Origin: Gekko japonicus | Taxonomy: Eukaryota | Reading direction: 5' to 3' | NCBI RefSeq assembly: GCF_001447785.1 | Contig: NW_015170912.1 | Span: forward strand, 414,977 to 478,976 | DNA: 64,000 nt | Shown here: positions 47,101 to 58,795 of the stretch, one piece after another | How positions within the stretch are numbered: the stretch's first letter is position 1 | How the letters are laid out: the number at the start of each line of letters is the position of its first letter | Program-made: the position numbers and the translations under genes | Notes under the pieces: generated by a model | The model's database searches: none | What the model saw: the letters and a program-made list of their open reading frames with translations, nothing else | What the model was told of the DNA's origin: nothing

Positions 47101-50100
47101 ACTTAGATACTACTATCAAGTATAAAAGCAATTGTATTAAGCATACATAACTGATGTTTTAGAGTGTATTATTGTACTGATATTGGCCCCTGTTTTGTTT
47201 TCTTTGGAGTATTACTAGATGCAAACATCAGCTCTACAGCTTCAGTTAGTATATCATGACGTATTAAATATTAATTTACTATTATTCCTATCTAACATGT
47301 TTTAATTTTGGTTAAAATGGCATCTCAACAGCTCACTGTCTTGGTATACATCCGTTATTGTTATCAATGTTAATGTTCTTCTTTTACCCACTGAATATAC
47401 ACACCATTGATAGAGTAGTTTTAAATTTCAAAGCTCTTCACGTAAATTCACAGCCCTGTTAGGTAGACCAGTATTACCCAGGGGTCATTTCCTAGAAAAA
47501 GAGGTGCAGGAGCTCATTTGCATAACTCATTTGCATATGCCACACCCCCTGACAAAGGGCAGGCATGTTTAAATTTAGTTAAGGCATATGCAAATGAGTT
47601 TAAATCCCCCACAGAGAGGCTCAGGGGGAAAGGGGCCATATCTGCCCACCTCCCCTTCCCCTGTCCAGCCAACCCACCGCAGCGGGCTGGCTGGAGAAGG
47701 GGAGGGCAGGGAAGCAGACATGCCTGGCTCCCCAGCCCGATCTTCTCCAGGTGCACCTGGAGAAGATTGGGCAGGGAACCCAGGGATTTAAATCCCCCCC
47801 AAGTCTCTCCACCGGTGGCCAGGAAAGGCAGGGGGCGGGGCCTGGGCTCCTTACTGCCAGAGCGCTGCTCTGGCAGGAAATGACCCCTGGTATTATCTAT
47901 ATAACTAATTCTGAAACTGGCCCCAGAGTGCAGATTTTAAAATCTGCACAATGGGGCCAGGGACAGACACAGGAGATATTTCTGCAAAACTTAGGGAGCC
48001 CTCAGGTATACAAAAAATTAAATTAAAAAGGAGTGGGGTTGAAAGAAAATTAAAAATATTTAAGATGGATAAAAACTAGAACTAACCAGATTCTTCAGAG
48101 ACCATATCCTGGAGAATCTTAAAGGAACCAGACTGACGTGGTTGACTCGATCCTTCCTGATTATCATGTAGCATCCTATAAACGTCAGACTTGGGTGCTG
48201 AAGCTGGTACTGGGTCGCTGCAAAGTCAATAAGGGTCAGAAATATGGTTAACCAATAAAGAATGGAAGGAGCAAGCAGTAGCATGTCAACTGATCAAAAC
48301 TGTAATTATTCTCAACTTTTATACATAATTTCATATAACTTTCATATAATACAGGTACAAGTTTTATTTTTTAACGAAACAAATGCTTACCATAACTGTA
48401 TCATTTTATACTAATGAACATTAATAATATTGGTCATTTCCAGTTCTAGCCAAGTGTGGGACAAGACAAGGTTTACATAGAACCAGAGTTTAGATTCTCA
48501 AGGTTAGAGACCTGACCTCCTAGAATAGTTTTTTCCTGTACTTCTGCCAACAGAGCACACAAAACCACTGTCCAGATGAGCTCATTGGTTGTTGCTTAAT
48601 GTCCAGCAGTAAGGGACAAATAAAGTAAAAGTATCTTTGAACACATGCTTAATCTATAGGCACACATTTTAAAACTTTCACTTCTTGCCAAGAGAAGTGG
48701 CAGCTAATGGTTTCAGATTCACGGCTTAATCTTGAGTAGTCATCACAAAGGTGATTGCAGTGTCCCACAAGAAAAGGGATTTGAGGCTACCAGACACAAA
48801 ACACTCTGGCATTACAATAGCTCTTCCAAGTTCATGCCTAGTGAAAATGAAACCCACCGACAGAGATGTCTCAAAGCTCCTTTTACTGGAAGACTTCCCA
48901 AAAGCATGTTACTTGCAATGCAATCAATGCAGATTAGTTCAGGATTCTAGGTAGTGGGTAATGTCACTGGACTTTATATTACCAGGAGTCACTGTCTCGA
49001 CATTGGAACATCTTTGGTCAATGTATTGAAAGTTCCAAATTTTAAGAGAGGTTTTTTATTTTCTAGAAGCTTAATTTAAGTGGCTATATTTGTGTCTCTG
49101 TGGTAATTTAAAGGCAATCCCATGTATGTTGAAAGAGTTTTAGACTGTTAGAGGAGAATCAACAGAAAACCGTCTGATAAGTGAAGTAAAAAAATGTATC
49201 ATATATTATATTTGATGGAACAAGTATTGTCCACTGGTCTATTTTAAGGCATACTTCTTGCTTTAGGAAATGATAGTAAAGCAGAGAACAAAAGGATATT
49301 GTGCTTTGAGCTGCAAAAGTACAAACTGCTAAACTCTGAAAAAGCAAATGTACACCTGCATAAACATTCAATATCTCATACAAAACATTTTAATAGCTGA
49401 CAAATAACTGCACTAGTTAGAGCCACCCCAAATATAAATATATAGAAAAACAGACTCCCTTTTTATCATTTGTGGACTCAGGTAAGATTGACTTGCAGGC
49501 ACATATGCTGAAAGCTCGAGATATAAGTAATATAATAGAGCAGCAACATTTTACCTAACTTTTATGAAGACTAAAATATCCCTCGCTATTAATACTTATC
49601 CATCTGATAGCCACGTTTTGCTATTTTTGTCTTTTGTGGACAGCTAGATGCCATTGCTTTTTTGGGGAGCTTTTATGCAACACTGCGCTTATTTCAAGCC
49701 TGACTAGTGGGGCTCCTAAGTCTTTCTCTTTGAGCCGGAGCAAACCCCCCCCCCCGCCATTTGTACCAGTTCAAAAGTGACTGTGGATGGAGCATCCATG
49801 CGGATACTTTGCCTACAACCAATCTGAGGAGGGTGGTGCAGCTAAGCTCCGCCTTCAGAATAGCAGAGCTAACATATGCTTTTCCTCTCTTCCCTTCAGT
49901 CCTTTAGTAGGCTTTTTTCCCATTCCACAGTTGAATAATGATGTAGTGTTAGCACACAGGCTCAGCTGTGACTGGGAAAAGGATGAGGAAAGGGGTTGCA
50001 CTTGCCAGGCTACAGAGGGACAGCATCCCAGTTATTTGCTCATGCCCCTCCGAGTCAATTGAGACCCTTTTCCATATATTATTCCAGTGTTCCTACTATG

Positions 50101-53100
50101 CAGAAGAAAGAGCCCTTTTAATTACACCTATAATAAGGTCATTCAGACACCAAGGACAATTAGTAATCCACTCTGAGGAACTTTTGCTGAAACATCTATT
50201 GGAGGACAAATCCATTGCAATATCAAGGAATGTTGCCAAATTTCTCTTTATTGCATTTACAAAGCGTAAGCTCCTCCTCAATGTTCCTCATGATATCTCT
50301 TCTCTGTAATGCTTTTTGCTTTTGTTCTGTATGCTATTCTATGGGTCTCTGACCGTAATAAAATGAATGGACAGCATCCCAGCTACTTTCACCCCATTCA
50401 TTGCTGCTCCTGTGGCAGGGGGTGGCACTTCATGCCTCTGTGTGGAACTGGCCCTGATGAAATTTTAAATCTTATATTATGTGACAATGTCATGTACTAA
50501 ACAGAATTACATTTTTGGCTTCAGTGGACTTAGAAGGATATAACTTTGCTTAGGATTGGACTGAAATTGATGTAATTATCATTTGCCTATCTATGGCCCC
50601 GGTCACACGAGCTGGATATCGCGAGGGGGGGGAGGCGTGGCTGTTTGCCCCACAGCGAAATAACGCGCAACTGCATGATCAGGCGTCCCCTCGTAGTCCC
50701 GTCGAGGTCCCGTGGTTAGGAGGGAGGTGCCGATCACACGACGCGCCAAAGAAGCGGCACGGCACGGCAAACGGGGTTGTGGGGTTTTTTTAACCTGACG
50801 TATGCGCATGCCCCGTTGGGTGCTTGTGCGCACCCCTGGAGACTTCGAAAAAACCCCACCTTTTCGCAATGGGGCATGGGCGGGCGCCGGATGCCACTGG
50901 AAACGCGATCAGACGCCTGCCCTTGCCCCGCGATTTCCGGAAACTAGTACCTCTGAGGTACTAGTTTTTAACCGTGCATCTTCGGAGGGAAGCCTCGGGT
51001 TCGCCACGGGAGCTCTACGCTTCCCAGATGTGGAGGCGAGATCGCGCTCGGAAAATCCGCCTATCTTCTGTCGCAGTAGCGTGGCTACTGCTCCGTGTGA
51101 TCGCAGCCTATATTGGATAATGTTATAAAATTTGAAAGAAGGCTTCCCCCATTTTCTAAATATAACTGCATTAAAATACACAGAACAGGCAGCCAATATC
51201 CCACATCATCTGTTTTAAAAATCTGATAACCAACTTTTTCACCCTAAAAACTGCCCATAGATCCAGTTTATCAGTGAAAAACCAGATAACAGAACTATTG
51301 CAAACCTTCCTTAATTTTAAATTGTTCATAGAGTCTAAATTAGGGGACTCCAACCTTTTTGAGGCTGTGAGCACCTTTGCAATTTTGAGACAAGGTGGTG
51401 AGCACCATCCCAAAATGGCTTCCACAGAAGGTAGAGCCAGACTCAAAATGGCTGCTGCAGGAGAAGGAGCCAAATGGAACACCTCCCTGCTCACACCTAA
51501 TAGGAAGAAGAAAATCTTGACGGGGGAACAGAACCATACCCTAACTAAGGAAAGCCCAGCTGTTTACTAGTCCCCCTTCTCATCCAATGGAAAACTCATT
51601 TGAATGAAAGAAGCCAATTAACAATTCCTGCCTAACAATGGTCCCACCCACTTTTTGAAAAGACTGGCAGGCACCAGTGGAAGTGGCAGTCTCCATGATA
51701 CCACAGGTACCATGTTGGGGAACCCTGGTCTAGAGCATGCAGAAATCTACAACTGGATTTATGTTCTGAAATGCCTTTTCTCAGATAAGAGCACATGACA
51801 GAAAGTAGGGTTTCCAAATCCCCCCGGGGGGCGGAATTCCCCCCGGTTTCGAGCCCCGATTCCCGCTCCCGCCGAATCGGGGCCTGGGGGAAACCTCACC
51901 CCTGCGTGTGCATCACCCGGAAGTGACGTCGCACGCTGGGGGCGGGGCGACGCCATTTGAGGGGAAAACAAAGAGTTTTCCCCTCAAATGGCGTGGCCCC
52001 GCCCAGCGTGTGACGTCACTTCCGGGTGACGCTCCGGAAGTGCGGGCGCACGTCCCCGGCCGGCTCCCGGAGCAACAGGACGCTCCCCCGCCGGTAAGAT
52101 TTTTCTATTTGGCAACCCTAACAGAAAGTCATATGGACAAATATGAGAATGAATTCTAGCATACTTTGAATATCATCATTTGCTAATAATCTGTTCAAAT
52201 GTTTAATGATTTGCATGCCATAACTTTAAAATTGCATGCATTCACTGTTTTTAAGTCTTAATAATGAATGGAGCAAGAACAGGTAATCGTAGCAATATTC
52301 ATGCATTAGTAAATATGTCTCTCTCTCTCTCATACACACACACACACTCTCTCTCATTACCTTATTGGGGGTATCTCCCCCAGTGCTGTAGAAACCTGAC
52401 CCTGCAGCGTTTCCATAATATTGTCATCTGAATATAACTGCATAGGTGTGTTAAACTGAGCATGTACAATCTTGACACCGGGAAGTTCCATTTCTAAGGG
52501 AATGTTGGGGGCCATCTTAGCTGCTGCTTTCAACTCAGTAGGGCAGATAGTGCTAACAGTGCTAACTGAAGAGGGTGTGCTACGTCCACTGCCGCCGTCA
52601 ATACCAGAAGGAGTACTGCAAACACTGTGCCAAAAACCAGTATATAAAAGAACATGTGATGCAAACCAGAGAGGAAAACAGAGATGAAGAACAGGAGCAG
52701 AAGCATTTGCAAGGGATTGAGTGAATCAAATGCAAGGGGAAAAAACAACAACCAGAATGTGTCATTTTGTTGTTTACTGCATAATATGCCAAAAAATTTT
52801 CACGGCTTCTTTTTCATCCAAGGTTTAATTAAGCCTCATATTTTGGCACATAATCATGTGAGATTTGCAGACAGGGTACAGCAAAATTTAATCTGACCAG
52901 ATTCAGACACCAATCAAGACCAGAAGAAAAATCCAGAAAGCAAACTTTTTTCCAGTCCTGTGTGCAAAGCAACAACAATCTGATGAAATGCTTTAACTCC
53001 ATCCTCTGTCCTATGTGGCATTGTATTAATGGACAATGTAACCACACATCACTGAATACTGTGCTATTTTTACACCGTAGCAACCATTTGCACCTGGATT

Positions 53101-56100
53101 TTCCTGTGTGGATAAAACAATCCAGTTGTGTTTGACTGCTACAGTGCAACAATAGGGCAATATCTAATGAGGTGTGGATGATCTTTGGTGTTGGCATAAC
53201 ACAGCAGCAACACTGGTAATATGTCTAGGAGGAAAGCTGAAGAACTGGGGCTTTCAAATTTAGAAAATAAAGATGAGCAAGGGAGAACATGAGAAGTTTC
53301 TAAGATGATACATGACATGCAAAAGTGGATGGAGATAACTTTTCTGTAATATTAGAATTCAAGGACACTCAGTTACTATGATGGGCAGTAGACTGAAGAC
53401 AGACAAAATAAAGTATTTCTTCACACAACACATAATTTATGGAACTCACTGCCGCAAGATGTGACAATACTATATAGCTTAGTTGGCTTTAAAAGGAGAT
53501 TAGATAAATCCAGGTGTTGGATTCGCCAGCTGTTATGCTGGCAGAATGGGGATTCTGTTGATGGAAGACGAGAGGGATGGTTTCTATTTCCTCTTCCATA
53601 CTCCACCTCCATGATGGTCCCAAGGGTCATTTGACCCCCCCTCCCCAGAGCATAATTTGAGGGGGCTCAGTGACCACAGCAGAAGTCAAGAAGTCCCAGT
53701 CTGCCAGTTATACTCTGCAGGTGGCAGTCTGGGTCCAGCTCATGAAGGATAAATCTATCAGTGGGTCTTAAATCTATTTATGATAAATCTTATCTGATAT
53801 ATGATAAATCTTATCATGAAGGATAAATCTATTAGCCTTGATGACCAAATAGAATCTCCATAACTACAAAGGAGAGGGCTATTGCCTAATTGTTCAGCAT
53901 GTGGTGGGTCACTGGAGGAAAGGATGCTAGACAAAATGGATTTTTGATCTGGTCTAGCAGGGCTCTTCCTATGTTCTGGTAACAGAGGTACAACTCATCT
54001 TAAACACCAATTCGTTAACAATAAGTATTAGGATCAGGAGGCCACAAATTATTGAGATGGAGGCCACAAATTATTGAAATGTGTCAGATATGTATTCTTG
54101 CATTTGTTTCAAACTGGCAAAAGAGGCATGCTTGTGCAACGTTCAGAAAGTCTCCAATTTAAGCACTCAGTGGTCCCAAACAAAAACTAGATAGGCAGGG
54201 AATGTTGCATAACTGACCTCATTTTTGTGTGTGTATATGATTTGGAATGGCTGTGGGTCTTTTTTGTTTGTTCTTTAGAAAGCCATCAGAATATTTTTAT
54301 ACCAAATGTTACAGCTAGAATCTCCTCAGTGTCATCAATTTGATTACACCTCCCCAGAATTTAAGAAACTCTTTACAGCAATAAATGTCCTCAACAGTAC
54401 TTTCTCCGGGAAAGTCATCCAGTAAAGGTGGTATTATACATGCAGGCTGTCTGTTATTCATTGGACCTTGATAAGGCACTTTAAGAACTCTTTGGTGAAA
54501 TTCTAAATATGCTGTTATGCTAGAAATTAGATGAAAGGATAAGGATGAGTATACTTTGGCCTGTCAGTGGAAACTGTTTCAATACAATAGCTGTGTTGCT
54601 GTATCAGTTTTTCTTGAATAACCCAAACATCCTCTTCCTAAGCACGTTTACAGGAAAGTTAATCTCACTGATTTAACTTAACTTTAGTATGTAAAATTAG
54701 AACTTGGCACCTAAAAATAAATCTGCATGTTGCAGGAAGCAGTGATGGACAGGCCATTAATAAAGGAGGAATGTATATATCACCCCCCATGGTGAGATGT
54801 GCACAGTGAGGTCCTGCCATCTCACAGCAGTAGTGTGTCTACCTCTGGGAACACAACAAAAGAATACCCAAATCATATGCTCATGCTCCATTAACAGTTC
54901 CTGAAATATGTGGAGCCTTACACTGGCATAACACTGCAGAGCAGTGCACCGCCAGACTATTAACCTATGCACACTTACTAGACACTGCACACAAATAACT
55001 ACTTCTGAGTCAGTGTATTCTGGGATTAGCATACAAATGCTACGGTAAGTATCTGCAATTTAGCAAATGCCAATATTCACATGCAAATACCGTTTTGCCA
55101 CTTTTCAGACACATACTAGTCCCTGTTAATTTTCAGTGGTCTACCTCTAATTCTGAGGTTCTTGAAATTCATCTAGGATCACCAGTGTTCACATGTGAAT
55201 ACAACATTCAGCATGGTGTATTTACTGTAACGTAGCTGAGATTTAAATATCACACACAGTTTAAGGCACCAGATTTTTCTCTGTCTAAAGGATCCTGCTT
55301 CAAAATCAAGACAAAGAGGTATCAAAGCTAATTTCCTTTCCTGGATGTCACATGGAATTTATGTCGGACCATATTGTCAAAAGCATTAAGAAAGGCACAT
55401 TCCTTACCATCAAAGGCAAGACAAAGAAAATGAATTCCAGAAGAGGCACACATGTTCCAAAGCCAGTACGTAGTTTTTACACTTGCCAGCTCACCCAGCC
55501 AAATATCCATACAAGGGGACAGCCATGCTGGCACATGCCATTGTTCAGAAATAAAGTGAGGGCCCATGTTCGGAAGAAAAGGGCAACACTTGTCCGTAAT
55601 GGAAGCATGAATGCCTGAAGCAGAACTGAGTTGTTAAAAGCCAAGCATGGACATTGTTACTAGCAAAGAACGCATTGTTACTAGCAAAGAACCTTACCCT
55701 GAACGCAGTTAGCAAAATTATTTCTGACCGCTTTCAGCAGATACCATGGGTTGTTATGTAAACGCTTAAACAGCGCTCAGCACAGAATTTAATTATTCTC
55801 AGTTGGCTATTTTTGCAACAGTCTTTTCCAAGCAAGACTGGGTAATCAATATATCTAATTCTCAACATGGCCCCATATGTGGATACTTAAATTAAAAAAT
55901 GGGGTCATGATTAGACAAAAAAGATCTTGCAACAAACATGAAAAAAGCCCCAGGTTTGCAGAAAAACCTGAAATCTAAATAAATTAAAATGGGAGGGTTT
56001 ACCCCTCAAATAATAGATGTAGCATCTGTATCTTTATAAAATGAATGCCCTCTCAGTGGCCATTGTGGGGGTTGCTAGGCAACCAAAACAGTATTGGCAG

Positions 56101-58795
56101 CCTTCAAGACTTGGCTTTTTTCAGTAAAAGGAGGGCAGAGAGGGCAGGGGACTTCCAAGGCTCTTTGGGCCTTTGAGGAAAAACTCCTCATGCCAGGGCT
56201 GGCAGAAACCACTAGGGGAATTAATATCACATGACCATGACTCATCCAGGAGAGGCTGCTTGCTATTGTTCAACAGCAGCCATCTCACAAAAGTCAGTGC
56301 GGTATAGTAGTTCAGAGTTTCAGTCTAGAATCTGAGAAACCCAGTGTGAATCACCACTCTGTCATGGAAGCTCACTGGGTGACCTTGAGCCAGTTACACA
56401 GTCTCATCCTAACCTCAAAGGGTTGTTTTTAGGATAAAATGGAGGTGAGGAGAATGATCTCTCCATTGTGGAGAAAGGCAGGTTATAAATGAAGTAAATA
56501 AACAATAAATCCAGCTGAAGATGGGGGGGGGCAGATAAAAGGTAGACTAGCTGGTGGGTGGGAAGGAAAGAAAGAAGCAGGGAACAGTGAGAATATGAGG
56601 GTTGCCAGGAGGAAGAAAAGAGGAAGCAGTGTGAGGAGGAGAATACACGGAAAGTGAAGTGCCCTTGGCAAGTTCTTGAGGGTTCCCTGTCACACATCTG
56701 GGTTTACCCTGGCAGCCAGCACTGCACAACTGAACAATTGTTTTTTGTGGTTGGGAAGGAGCAAAAGCTGAAGACAGGGCGGTAGATAAAGGCAGATTAC
56801 CTGGTGGGTGGGAAGGTAAGAAAGGGGGAGAGATCCTACAGGAGCTTTCGGGGAAGGAAGTAAGAAACAGTAGGGGAAGGGAACATGAGACACCCCACCC
56901 CACAAGTCTTTGCAGGTCCTGTGAAACCTTTCATTTAGACTGACGAGCTGAAGGAAGCTCTATGTATGGTTCTCTCAGTCTTCCTTCTGGTCTGAAAGAC
57001 CTCCTGGGGCAATTGAACACATGACATTCTCTCATACTCCTTCCAGCCCACAAGCCCTTTGTTCTCTAAGGCTAAAAAGGAAAGAAGGGGGGAGGAACAG
57101 TAACAGTGCTGCACCAAATCAGTGTTATGGAGGCCATGCATGTGATTTCTTTTCCATTGTTGATTCTAGCACAGGAGGACAGGCATATGGGTTATAATGT
57201 GGACAGACATTAAAAGGTCTGTAAAAATTTCCAAGCAATAAGGTTGTAAATGTTTGATTTACCTTCTGATCTCAGTTCTCCTAGGGAGCAATGCAACAAG
57301 CTGTCCTCTTATAAAAGATACAATTAAATTAACTGTATTTGCAGACTGCTTGGCAGAGTGTTGTAAACTTGCAGGGATACATGGATTATTATATTCCAAT
57401 TTACTATTTATTCTCCTTAATGTAAAAATTAGTGGTCCTAATTAATGCTGGGACATACTGAGGAAGGCAGAGTTTGGGCAGGATGTGATATTCACTTCTG
57501 GATGGCACTTTAGACTGCCTTTCCAAGTCTCTATGGTATTTACCATACAGAACAGGGGAAATTCCTAGAGCGTCAACTGTGTTCAAGTCATTTTTTTCTC
57601 CTGCTCCTCAATTCCTGGGGAGGCTGGAAAAAGGGGTCTGGGGTGGATAATTCTCCATCTGGGACAGGTAAATGGGAGGCCTAATAAGAATTGGGCTCCC
57701 TGGATGTTTGGAAATGGCATTTTGATTTCTGGTTTACTTATGCTGTGAAGCAAGCGTTTTATTCATTAGAAGTCAACATACCAAAGTAGCAGTGTTACTA
57801 TTTTCAGTTGAACTGTGAGTAACCATTAACAAAGAAGATAACAACATGCATCCAGTTACAGCATACAGAAAGAATTTATAACCTGCTCTGGCCTGAGACT
57901 ATGAAAGGTTTGGGACGAATATTATGCTTGTGTTCAAAGTAGCCCAAGTCCTGCAAAAAAAGGAAAGGATTACAAAAGATGATCTTCAACAAACCACTGT
58001 TTGTTCTCAGGTAATGTTTGTTCTCAGGTAAGATTAGTTAACACTCATATTGCAAATTATTGAATTGTTATGTAGTAGTAATAGTGGTAGTGGTAACACA
58101 TTGCAGTTACTGTGAGGAAAAAAAATTAACAGTGGCACAATCCAGCCCAAGTAAAGCACTTTTTAGGCTGCAAGCCTAAACCCACTTACTAGAGTGTTAG
58201 TAAACATGTTTAAGGCCAGGCTGCACACCTTTTCCATTGATATCCATAGGATTTGCAATCTGGTTCTAGACATGTTTACCAGAAGCAAACCCAATCGATC
58301 TTCCAGATTTCAATCCTAAATGTGAATACCCAGGATTTAAGCCCTAAGTGCTTAAATCTGGCCAAATCATGCCCAATATTTCTTGAAAGAGGACTGTGTG
58401 CACGATCTCAGCCAACCTTCTGTAAAGGAAATATTTGTAAATTGGTCCTGCCTACATGAACCTTGACTTGTGAAGTCAATATTTTGAACAGCATTTCTGA
58501 ATGTTTTGGGCATCATGGAAGAAAAAAAAAAAGAACAGCAAGAGCTGGACTCAAGAGCATGAAACCAAATTTTGCAACAGAAGACCATCTTACAACACAG
58601 TACTTACTGGTCAGGAGAGTTAGGAATTAAGCCCCGCAGCTGTCCATGAAGAGCATCTTGTATATTTCCAGATGAATACAGCCCAATGGGAGAGTTATAG
58701 GAAGAACTCACTACCTGTCTTTTGTCATCAAGGTTTGCTGCTGCAACAAAAGGCTGGGCCTTTCTGTTGTGAGCTGTCCCAATAGGCTTGAACTC
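43993..58795 (-). CDS. PDLIM3: PDZ and LIM domain protein 3 (ALP), partial (PDZ exons outside window); exons 58795-58608 (alt), 57950-57883 and 52624-52361 (alt pair), 48217-48087, 46578-46467, 44182-43993
   Basis: ZASP-like motifs YNSPIGLYS and [25 protein letters not shown] and C-terminal LIM domain CDKC...[10 protein letters not shown]...C..H as recalled for PDLIM3. Confidence 0.96.
44338..44670. mobile_element. PIF/Harbinger-type MITE
   Basis: ~44-bp TIR GGCCCAATCTGCATCTAGCATTTGCTC...; 3-bp TSD CCT. Confidence 0.8.
46467..46578 (-). CDS. PDLIM3: PDLIM3 penultimate exon
   Basis: [12 protein letters not shown]...[11 protein letters not shown]; CCTCAG / GTAAGA. Confidence 0.94.
47479..47889. 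mobile_element. Non-autonomous hAT element (family A, opposite orientation)
   Basis: TIR CAGGGGTCATTTCCT; TSD GTATTACC/GTATTATC. Confidence 0.85.
48087..48217 (-). CDS. PDLIM3: PDLIM3 constitutive exon
   Basis: [20 protein letters not shown]...[11 protein letters not shown]; TTTGCAG / GTTAGT. Confidence 0.94.
50032..50368 (+). mobile_element. 5'-truncated non-LTR retrotransposon 3' end (CCHC-type C-terminus; RTE-X or L1/Tx1-like)
   Basis: CSCP...[10 protein letters not shown] peptide, GACCGTAATAAA end, 14-bp TSD GGACAGCATCCCAG. Confidence 0.75.
50595..51108. mobile_element. PIF/Harbinger-type MITE (family H)
   Basis: TIR GGCCCCGGTCACACG / CGTGTGATCGCAGCC; 3-bp TSD TAT; same internal palindrome as the 36066 copy. 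Confidence 0.8.
51341..51727. mobile_element. hAT-Charlie-like MITE (related copy at 61703-62122 with TSD GGTTAAAG)
   Basis: TAGGGGACTCCAACC / TTGGGGAACCCTG ends; flanks GTCTAAAT / GTCTAGAG. Confidence 0.65.
51806..52120. mobile_element. hAT MITE with internal palindrome
   Basis: TIR TAGGGTT(T/G)CCAAAT; 8-bp TSD ACAGAAAG. Confidence 0.85.
52361..52624 (-). CDS. PDLIM3: PDLIM3 264-nt alternative exon (skeletal isoform)
   Basis: [19 protein letters not shown]...[40 protein letters not shown]; phase 2-2. Confidence 0.95.
53225..53975 (+). mobile_element. Old, interrupted CR1 3' fragment
   Basis: Degenerate AAGTATTTCTTCACACAA...TGGAACTCACTGCC...TTAGATAAAT and ...CTTCCTATGTTC tail. Confidence 0.55.
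57883..57950 (-). CDS. PDLIM3: PDLIM3 68-nt alternative exon (skeletal isoform)
   Basis: [22 protein letters not shown]; phase 0-2; TTTTTGCAG / GTTATA. Confidence 0.92.
58608..58795 (-). CDS. PDLIM3: PDLIM3 188-nt alternative exon (smooth/cardiac isoform)
   Basis: [21 protein letters not shown]...[26 protein letters not shown]; phase 0-2; GCACAG / GTAAGT. Confidence 0.93.

Noticed and set aside
57998-58031. 17-bp tandem duplication TGTTTGTTCTCAGGTAA resembling AG|GT splice sites
   Set aside because: On the non-coding strand of PDLIM3; similar short slippage duplications occur at ~17700, ~35125, ~54037 and ~55652
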